Of a stretch of DNA of 64,000 nt, positions 28,101 to 34,214 are shown piece by piece. Position numbers and translations under genes: made by a program. Location: IMG/VR virus record IMGVR_UViG_2671180089_000001, positions 62,325 to 126,324 of that record; one strand, given 5' to 3'. Below the pieces are notes generated by a model. The model saw only the letters and a list, made by a program, of their open reading frames with translations. It ran no database searches and was not told where the DNA came from. Position 1 is the stretch's first letter; each line of letters begins with the position of its first letter. Source of the DNA: a virus. Taxonomy: Duplodnaviria > Caudoviricetes.

Positions 28101-31100
28101 GCCAGGGGTGAGGCCGTCGCCGGTACGCCACGCGTTGCGCAGGGAGTCCACGTCGCGGTGACGGGCGCGGGGACGCGGGGAGCGGCCGCGGCCGTTCGCG
28201 GCGTCGCCGTCTCCGTGACCACCGTTTCCGTCGCCACCGTCTCCGCCTCCGGCGCCGTCCGGGGCGTTGAAGTCGGGCAGGCGCAGGCGCGGCAGTCCCG
28301 GTCCACCCGGTCCGCCCGGTCCGCCCCCGCCGGGTCCTCCGTTGCCGCCCCTGCGGTTACGGCGGCGCCGACGCCGGCGGCGCCGCTCGTCCTCGCTCTC
28401 CTCGTCCCCCTCGTCGGTGTCGTCCTCGTCCTCGGGGACGTCCTGGTCGTCGTCTCCGCCTTCGGGGCCGTCGGCGTCGTCGCCCTGGTCGCCGTTCGAG
28501 TCGCCGCCGTCGCCCGGTGCCCCGGGCGCGCCCGCCCCTCCGGTGTCGGGTTCGCCGTCGGGGTCGGTGGCATCTCCGTCCGGATCCGCGTCACGGCGCT
28601 GACGGCGGCTTTCCTCGTCGCCCTGGCGCTGCGCGTCCTCGCCCTGGTCGTCCTCGCCCTCCGGGGCCTGGTCCTCGTCCTGGCCGTTCTGCTGGTCGTC
28701 GTCCTCGCTGTCCGGGGTGCTGGTCGTATCGTTCCGGTCACTGTTGGACTCGCCGTCGGGGCCGTTGCCGTCGTCGTCCTGGCGCTCGTCGTCGCCGAGG
28801 CGTTCGTCGCGGTCGTCCTGCTCGCCGCGCGCGATGCGGGCCGCGCGTCGGAACCGATCGGCTGCAAGCTCGCCCTGCGGCCCGGCGAGCTCGTACTGCT
28901 CGGCGAGCGCGTCCATGCGGTCAGCGACGTCGCGGAGCTCCGCGTCCCGGTCGTCGGCCGAGTCGGCGCGGCCCAGGCGGTCGTCGAGCTCCTGCATCTC
29001 CGGCAGCGAGTCGCCGCCCACGGCGTTCATGCCCTCGCCGAACAGACCCCTGGCACGGTGGGCACGGTCCTCGTCGGGAGCGCTCGGCGCGTCCGGGGTC
29101 GGGGCGTCCGGGTCCGGCGCGTCCGGGCCGTTGGTGTCCCCGCCGGTGTTCTGAAAGTCCGGATACCGAAGGTCGCGTTCGGCCTTCATCCGGGCTGCGG
29201 TGGCCCAGGACCTGGTTCTGCGCGTCTCGTACGGCAGCTCAAGGTCCGGGTCGTCGAACTGGCTCTCCAGCCACGCGGCCTCGTCACGGATCTGGCGGAG
29301 GTCACCCTGCAGATCGTCCGTCTCACCCCGGCTGACGCGCTGGATGAGGTCCTGCAGACGCTGGATGCGCTCCGGGTCCTGGAGGCCTTCCCTGCGCTGC
29401 AGGGTGGCGACGTCGTCGCCGATGTCGGCCATGCGAGTTCGAAGTTCGTGTCGCCACGCCGGGGTCGGCTCGGGACGCGTGCGGTCGTTGGCCCAGGCGA
29501 AGGTGTCGCCGGGGTGGCTCAGGAAGACAGGGCTGATGCTGGAGCGGGAGCCGTCGAGGTTGGAGACGGACAGGACCATCGTCCCGTTGTCGTTCCGGTT
29601 CACGCTGTTCACGCGGACCGGCTGCCTCCAGCCGACGGGGTAAGGGCGGCCGTTGCCGTCCTGCCTGGTGACCGGCACGCGGATGATGTCGTTCTCAGCC
29701 ACGTCGCCACGATCGCCGAGGGCCCATCCTTCGGGGGCCGCGCTGCGGGCCCGCTCCCGCCGGGCGTCCTCGTCGGCGTTCTCGCGGCGGACGTCGCGGT
29801 TGCGGACGAGCGCGGCCACGGCCTCCGCGCGGCTCGGGTAGTGGTCGGGGGAACCCTGGCCGTCAGCGTTGGTGTACCGCCACTTGCGGGCGAGCTGGCC
29901 GACGGTGCCGGCGTCCTTGCCGTCGACGGTCACCGGGTATGCGCCGTCCTCGTTTCGCTTGCCGATCTCGGCGCGCGCGAGTGCTTCGGTGCGCTCCTGC
30001 TTCTTCTTCTCCTTCTCCTCTCGGTCTCGGCGGGTGTTGTCGCGGTTGCGCTGTTCCTCGTTCAGTACGTGGCGGCGGTTGGCGACAGGGGAGAGCGCGA
30101 CCACGGCATTGCCCTGGATGCGTGGTCCTTCCCCGTTGCTGGAGACGTGCCGGCTCTGCCACGCCTGCAGTTCCTCGAGTTCCTCCTTGATGTCGTCGTC
30201 GGTCATGTCCGCCGGCGACGTCTCACGGATGGGGGCGTCGGGCGCGGTACGGGGCGCCTCCGGCGCGCTTGAGGCGTCGGGAGCGCCCGGGGCGGCCGCG
30301 GCTTCGGGACTCTCGGGGGTAGGAGCGACTTCGGGGCTGTCCGGGGCGCCGTGGGCGAAGAGGTCCGGCGTGCCAAGCTCGTCGTCCGGCCGGGGCCGGT
30401 TCTGATCTTGGTGCGCGGTCGGGCGTTCGTCCTGCCCGAAGTCGTCCGGGCGCATCTGGCGCCAGTCCATGCCACCACCGGCCTCGGAGCGGTCCGGCTC
30501 CGGCACGGTGCCGGGCTTGGACGCTCCGAACGTGGCGTCGGTCCGGGGCACATCGAGCTCGACGTCCTCGCCGTCACGGCTGCCGGTGATGTGGAGATGG
30601 CCCATGTCACCGCGGCGGATCTCGGAGACCTGGAGCGGCTCCGACCAGCCGGTCACGGTGCGAACGCGGGCGCCCTCCAGGCGTCCGAGCTCGGGCACGC
30701 GGATGGTGTCGCCCGGCTGGACGTCGTCCCATGCCGAGTGTTTCCAGTCCTCCCCGGCACGCTGGTTCCGCCGGTCGGTGAGCTTGTTGAGGGCGGTGAT
30801 GGCGGCTGCGCGGCTCGTGTACTTCTCGCTGGTCGGGGTGCGTCCGTCGCGGTCGACGAACACCCACTTCCCCTTCGTGTCCTTGTAGACGGCGCCGATG
30901 AGCGTGCCGTCGCGGCCCTGGACCTGTTCACCCTTGAGGCGGGCGAGGCGGGCGGGGTCGCGGACGAGACCGGCTCGCTCACGGCGGCTTACCTCGTCGC
31001 GGTGACGGGCGAAAGTCCGCTCGGACTGGGCATCGTTCAGGGCACGGATACGGGCGGTGACCTGGCGGCGCACGGCGCGGGCCGCCGGGTCGTTGCCCTC

Positions 31101-33923
31101 GGGCAGGGTGGCGCCGCGCAGGTGGGCGAGCTCCGCGGTGATCTGCTCGTCCCGCATGCTCTTGGGGTCGTCGGCACCCGGGCGGGGCGTGCCGTCGTCG
31201 GCCGGGGCGTCGAACATCGTGCGGATCTCGCCGCCGCGGCGGCGGGCGAGGACGCTGTCGTACGGCGTGGAACCGCGGCTTTGCAGGCGAAGGTTCTTCG
31301 GCCCGATCGAGTCGACCGTGTCCCACTGGTGGCCGGTCCACACCTCGTCGCCGGGCTGAAAGTCCGTGGTGGCCCAGGTACCGGCCGGCGCGTAGTGCCG
31401 GTCCTTGAGCCGCTCGAGCTGCTCCGGGGTCAGCTCCGGCTTCTCGGAGTCGTCCTGCGGCGCGTGGTAGTCGAGACCCTGACGGTCAAGCCACTCCTTG
31501 AGCTGACGCACCTTGTCCTCACGGCGTGACAGCGTCATGTTGCTGGGCAGGTAGAAGAACCGCGGCTGGCTCCTGTCCCTGCTGGCCTTGAACCCGAGGC
31601 GGCGCAGCACCGCGAACTCTTCGTCGCTGACCGTGCCGTTCGGTGTGGGGAAGCGGACGGTAGTGCCGGTGCCGCTGTGGTCGATCTGGACCTGGTCCGG
31701 GGTCGGTGCCGAGGCGGGGGACGGTTCCTCTTCCGGCCCGTTCTGGTCTGGCGCGTTCGTGTCCCGGTCGTTCGGAGCGTCCGGTGCCGGGGTGTCGGCC
31801 TCCGGGGTGTCCGGCGCTGACGGCTCGCTGTCCGCCGTGTTCGCGGACGGGCTGTCGCCCTCCGGCACCTCGGGTGCGTCCTCGGCAGGGTGCAGGACAC
31901 GAAGTTCCTTATCCGGCGCGAGGAAGTGCTCCCCTCCGTCCTCGTCGACGACGCGAATACGGCCCCGCGAGGTCCGCAGCGGCGGCTCCTTCACTGTGTG
32001 CGTACGCCCGTCGGTGTCGACGAACCGGTCCCCGACTTGGAAGTCGGCCGGCTTGCGGGACTGCACGGGACGCAGCTTGCTGGTGTCGCGGCCCTCAGCG
32101 GCAGCGAACATGTCCGGCGTGCCGAAGGCATCGTCGGCCTGGTCGTCCGGGTTGTCCGGATCGGCTACGAATCGCTGTTGCTCGTCCGGGCTGACGTCGA
32201 ACAGGCCGCCGGGCTCCTCGGCAGGTTCCTTCGGCTTGGGCTTCGGCTCCTGCTTCGGCGTACGGCCGGCGCGGCGAGCCTCCTCCGCCTCGAGGACTCG
32301 CAGGCGGGTGCGATCAACGCCGGACAGGTCGCCGCCGTTCGCCATCTCCCGCTCCATCAGGGAAACGATCTCGTCGCGGATCTCGTCGTCGTTCATGGCT
32401 GACGGGGCCTTGGCGGCGCGGGCTGCGGCCGCGGGCGCGTTGACCTCATCAGGGCTCAAGATGACCCCACCGTCGTCGCCCTGTCCGCTGGGCTTCGCGC
32501 CAGGGGCGTCAGCGGGCGGCGAGTCCACGTCGCCCCTGCTGTTGTCGGGAGCATTCGCGTCTGGGGCGTCGGCGCGCCTCTCCTCGCGGTTGCGCTGCAG
32601 CGTTGCCGCAGCCTCATCGACGCGCTTGGTGTAGTTGTTGTACGCCCGGATTTCCTTCGGGTTGGACTCCTGCCCTTCGCCTCCCGCAAGCGTCCACGCC
32701 CACTCGAGGAGCGCGCGGTGCGTCTCGATCGGCGCGGTCACCTTGAGCGTGCCGTTACGACGCCTTGTGGCCTCGGTGAGGGCCTTCCGCGTATCCGGGT
32801 CCTCCATGGCCGCGGTCTCGTCGACGCTCAGAAAGTCGGCGAGAGCTTCCGGCATGGTCAGCGTGACAAGGCCCTCAGGGTCGTCCCAGTTATGCCTCAG
32901 CGGCTCATCGGACGGGTCCTGGTCCGCGGGATGGTTCACGTCCGGGGCCTCGGGCTTCGGCGCGTTCGCCTCCGCCTCCCACTCCTGGCGGGTCCGCTTG
33001 ATGACGGTCTGGATGTTCTCGCCCTTGGCAGAGCGCCAGGTGCTGGCAGTTTCGTCGAGATCGGGTGCGGAGAAGTCGAATCCGCCGTCCGTGCTGGGGG
33101 ATCCGCCGGTGTTGCGGTTGAGCTGCCGGGCGAACTCGCGGGCTTCGTCCGGGGTGGCAAAGTCGCCGGCCGCGTCCATGCGCTGTCCGGTGCCGGTGGC
33201 AGTGAGGTACCAGCGGCCGGTGGAGTCGTCCTGGAGGGCGATCAGGCGACTGTCGTGGGTGACCTCGAGGTGGTCGTCGTCGCCCGCAACGGACCGCAGG
33301 AACTGCGCCATCTGTGGCTTCTGGCCGGGCCGGTCGGCGAGGTCGAGGAAGTGCTGGCGGACCGCAGCGGTGTCACGGAACCGGCCAGGACCGTGGCGCC
33401 GGTTGGGCAGAGCGCGCACGTTGACGGGCAGCTTGCCGTCCTCGGGCTCGTCCCGGTCGTCGTCGTCCTCGGGCCCGGCGGGGTCGTCGTCGTCCCCGAT
33501 CGGGCGGCCGCGGTCGTCGGCGTCGTGCGGGTCGTTAGGGGTGTCCGGGTCGCCGTCGTCGTCCCGGGCAACGCCGTTGCCGCGCCGCGGGTCGCTGACC
33601 CGCTTCTCGTCCTCCTCCTGGACCTTGTTCTCGCTGTCGGTCGGTGCGGAGCCGTCCGGCCGGGCCACCATGGACACCCACTTGGCGCTGGTGGTGTGCC
33701 GACGGCCGTTGAACTCGTTCGGACCGGTCTGGTCCTGAACGAGGATGCGGTCGTTGGGAAGGGCCCGGACGACGCGCGCGAGCTTGCCGCCCCAGAGCCT
33801 GACGGTGCCGCCCGTCTCAATAAAGCGGCCCTTGCTGTCCCGCGGATGCAGGGCGGGATTCCACCTACGGCGGGCGGCCTTGACCTCGAACTCAGCGTGC
33901 TCAGCGGCGGGGCGATTCTGCAT
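22197..33923 (-). CDS. Giant (~3,908 aa) multidomain, probably virion-internal protein
   Basis: 11.7-kb uninterrupted ORF between portal and protease; HPRDSKGRF N-terminal motif; repeated modules; start placed 7 nt after promoter motif. Confidence 0.85.
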   Translation of the reverse strand: MQNRPAAEHAEFEVKAARRRWNPALHPRDSKGRFIETGGTVRLWGGKLARVVRALPNDRILVQDQTGPNEFNGRRHTTSAKWVSMVARPDGSAPTDSENKVQEEDEKRVSDPRRGNGVARDDDGDPDTPNDPHDADDRGRPIGDDDDPAGPEDDDDRDEPEDGKLPVNVRALPNRRHGPGRFRDTAAVRQHFLDLADRPGQKPQMAQFLRSVAGDDDHLEVTHDSRLIALQDDSTGRWYLTATGTGQRMDAAGDFATPDEAREFARQLNRNTGGSPSTDGGFDFSAPDLDETASTWRSAKGENIQTVIKRTRQEWEAEANAPKPEAPDVNHPADQDPSDEPLRHNWDDPEGLVTLTMPEALADFLSVDETAAMEDPDTRKALTEATRRRNGTLKVTAPIETHRALLEWAWTLAGGEGQESNPKEIRAYNNYTKRVDEAAATLQRNREERRADAPDANAPDNSRGDVDSPPADAPGAKPSGQGDDGGVILSPDEVNAPAAAARAAKAPSAMNDDEIRDEIVSLMEREMANGGDLSGVDRTRLRVLEAEEARRAGRTPKQEPKPKPKEPAEEPGGLFDVSPDEQQRFVADPDNPDDQADDAFGTPDMFAAAEGRDTSKLRPVQSRKPADFQVGDRFVDTDGRTHTVKEPPLRTSRGRIRVVDEDGGEHFLAPDKELRVLHPAEDAPEVPEGDSPSANTADSEPSAPDTPEADTPAPDAPNDRDTNAPDQNGPEEEPSPASAPTPDQVQIDHSGTGTTVRFPTPNGTVSDEEFAVLRRLGFKASRDRSQPRFFYLPSNMTLSRREDKVRQLKEWLDRQGLDYHAPQDDSEKPELTPEQLERLKDRHYAPAGTWATTDFQPGDEVWTGHQWDTVDSIGPKNLRLQSRGSTPYDSVLARRRGGEIRTMFDAPADDGTPRPGADDPKSMRDEQITAELAHLRGATLPEGNDPAARAVRRQVTARIRALNDAQSERTFARHRDEVSRRERAGLVRDPARLARLKGEQVQGRDGTLIGAVYKDTKGKWVFVDRDGRTPTSEKYTSRAAAITALNKLTDRRNQRAGEDWKHSAWDDVQPGDTIRVPELGRLEGARVRTVTGWSEPLQVSEIRRGDMGHLHITGSRDGEDVELDVPRTDATFGASKPGTVPEPDRSEAGGGMDWRQMRPDDFGQDERPTAHQDQNRPRPDDELGTPDLFAHGAPDSPEVAPTPESPEAAAAPGAPDASSAPEAPRTAPDAPIRETSPADMTDDDIKEELEELQAWQSRHVSSNGEGPRIQGNAVVALSPVANRRHVLNEEQRNRDNTRRDREEKEKKKQERTEALARAEIGKRNEDGAYPVTVDGKDAGTVGQLARKWRYTNADGQGSPDHYPSRAEAVAALVRNRDVRRENADEDARRERARSAAPEGWALGDRGDVAENDIIRVPVTRQDGNGRPYPVGWRQPVRVNSVNRNDNGTMVLSVSNLDGSRSSISPVFLSHPGDTFAWANDRTRPEPTPAWRHELRTRMADIGDDVATLQRREGLQDPERIQRLQDLIQRVSRGETDDLQGDLRQIRDEAAWLESQFDDPDLELPYETRRTRSWATAARMKAERDLRYPDFQNTGGDTNGPDAPDPDAPTPDAPSAPDEDRAHRARGLFGEGMNAVGGDSLPEMQELDDRLGRADSADDRDAELRDVADRMDALAEQYELAGPQGELAADRFRRAARIARGEQDDRDERLGDDERQDDDGNGPDGESNSDRNDTTSTPDSEDDDQQNGQDEDQAPEGEDDQGEDAQRQGDEESRRQRRDADPDGDATDPDGEPDTGGAGAPGAPGDGGDSNGDQGDDADGPEGGDDDQDVPEDEDDTDEGDEESEDERRRRRRRRRNRRGGNGGPGGGGPGGPGGPGLPRLRLPDFNAPDGAGGGDGGDGNGGHGDGDAANGRGRSPRPRARHRDVDSLRNAWRTGDGLTPGEDTPERRAHLSALADREGLALSPNGGLATYPERQDDGNTVWRFAQARNGTNLPGITLTSDDPEEARALAGRFEELTDRNGDPFDWDVEGGRSASVAAWRDGEGRNLPQALRAVQDDYDQERAGAFALPEDLTTLDDSQLEAAYVQGLGPEDELRVMAEMDRRDGYVDERIRAAVPETPPANADEAEREGRLMDEALGFGDTDVTQPAPVTPGGLRREFDALDEERFQAAMQATGGRMLSPEAEAQGIDPRTLFSGGKYSNKRAKELASPELNHWFDGDDETPGNGRLTYTQYRQREADRALRAEFADIDEARYLAAIAATNGYFFRRQHEAGPIDERELFSGGSMSQFDRWKDVASEELQDWFDANGGRLTFNQFKQSRRDNERTARDLHEEEQRRADEAGDSEDTVTFTADDVAPAPSGDVESAEAATFRFGGHDKMREFADRAELRPVGDGETVWLDGQQIGHISNVYRSDPNRNSVWHARPFFGPDNDQSSRSESRDTAIANLVVRALRDGPVDPTNPSEDVWRTVTAHLADRMWELPESLLDNPEVRDRHDRLSALLDAFRDHRSPSGNLRDDLVQARDDFARLHDLLPATRRTERQRSRLKNRSYWAGRLLDGLGDPESDRQRPHGNDPDGDRQPPRGDDEPQGDSNAPSPAVPAPDEPVNAPEDTPRPQAEPTPEPDPEPIDGQPAHWARVEDLVPGDMVRMSGTTKGGRPVQRAGYVHTAPVLVDVTRRGRTEQMWRTWVTENSDGTGASGNVYTSANATAARAEAPDDVVPGSPASGAQAALRSGDLPNQIPADRDGRGLFPGSTVTGTGDREGTVTGATDTTVSVHWSDGNDDTALSPTTLSVADGQRPDGWTADGHRVTTQNVVSDTDGGLLGPVDDVDGDNVTITTTDGTITRSAGDLRVTGEVRDEAPDTAPVTGIDEPAAADLKDGDVVLLDLDGHLATVAITSPPSRDGDRVTLQYADTTTGEMGEINVDARAILPRAQGPDGGAPDLGPDDAPEPDEDLTVHPAPRRVDPVTGPTLDPDLDSSDRNLIGDHADGPEDDPDAQQAAVRITADLPVTREQAAALAAQLRAAADPTTVEGRAALRAADHLDRAAGRTPPAGLDRPRPANAAQIGEGDLVAMPDERRGDQMRVFRVIDVENGPGGVRSFLLEDEDQQWRRRVVHGAMPVWQLPEAEPDPVNPPDVDDADGAPDAEGGPGPNPPGGPVRRVGSDPAAAPTTPVAPTTPDPAATPDEPTAPIAHVRPGSLRVGDVIDAPVSRTGYQFNGHRRLTIISEPHRNGWWMQLTGMDEDGNVHDFGLHSGRAVNVYDRNRPTPALPPAGVPRDPNQAAQGDVDRIVSDHGRALAARIIDEAIAGTEPPGDIHALRDQIAQRLTAEALRDARQAVRGDGSAALDATGLTGRDRGAAQRRLRDARNQAHADTVRAALRTINDLEPLDGESNEDLAARARDLLRLIPDQIAGRPSTTDPDADPDVTTAVTGHADDAVNALLQQLQAAGVDPGDAERLARILTQQMAGSRQATARRIAAQVAAANPDAGRQPGLLARIVAFLVRMAKRLAELVKAGARKIAEKYRSSRERLRRLRAFLGRMVRRVRELPESRRLARLHRAVNLPDADGDSLAARISHWAGLMPEPGRFGQSQRRVTFWRPTTWGQLAAGRLPDRSDRVQWAPDRAADGGPGLTTLRHMAALRAAGNDVDQDVTRRLSAVLGDDFGDDPHATLQHADDYVAASERRVVNLQAARSGATIPDDEDLEIEITAARSELASARREYEDLRARYAAAVPDAVAAALADVRDMGPDGANAIVFGPGTDPDAERAVRGVQRLIPRAWLNTPEARRMTALNGNQGRYEPEGQRVTVADLADEGLGTAGHALAQHFARHLGDLDAAQRAFWFGQTHTGRPGARRMRPSAIDRLLRRQQTQPETGDTLARSVQAMFNGDWYQDDDLRAFLLGLMATR

Positions 33924-33930
33924 GCCGCGG

Positions 33931-33961
33931 ACCATGCACACCGGTGACCGTTAACGTCGCG
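33931..33961 (-). promoter_or_regulatory. Late-promoter-like motif
   Basis: CGCGAC GTTAAC N13 CATGGT, 7 nt before ATG. Confidence 0.78.
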
Positions 33962-33995
33962 CCCTACCGCGCGGGCGCGACGCGGCGGCCGGCGT

Positions 33996-34208
33996 CTACA
34001 TGGTCTCGGTGAGTATGTGGATAGCGAACCAGCAGGAGAACCCGAACCATCCGACCGCGAAGATCGCTCTGCCGGCCTTGCTGGTACGGGTGCGAAAGAG
34101 GCGTCGGAAGTTCTCGGAAAGCGTGTCGTTCTCCTTCTTGTTGGCCAGGGCGATGCCCTCGGCGACGGCGAAGACGATCGTCCAGACGATCCAGATGGCG
34201 GGCCACAT
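33996..34208 (-). CDS. Small two-TM membrane protein
   Basis: Two hydrophobic Trp-rich helices around DTLSE. Confidence 0.65.
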   Translation of the reverse strand: MWPAIWIVWTIVFAVAEGIALANKKENDTLSENFRRLFRTRTSKAGRAIFAVGWFGFSCWFAIHILTETM

Positions 34209-34214
34209 GGCGGG

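Noticed and set aside
26439-30272. 1277-aa plus-strand ORF and other long antisense ORFs (e.g. 1424-3625, 7409-9454, 23622-26420, 58364-60283)
   Set aside because: Shadow frames of real genes in GC-rich DNA; no motifs or RBS and fully overlapping better-supported genes
22197-33923. Giant protein as DarB-type helicase-methylase or virion RNA polymerase
   Set aside because: No Walker A/DExx, NPPF/Y or DxDGD-in-context polymerase motifs recognisable by eye
33955-33982. Plus-strand CGCGAC as a divergent promoter copy
   Set aside because: It is the other arm of a 10-bp hairpin and lacks the second box and any downstream gene
33996-34208. Holin call for the small membrane proteins near the portal
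   Set aside because: No endolysin nearby and position in the head module; left as membrane proteins
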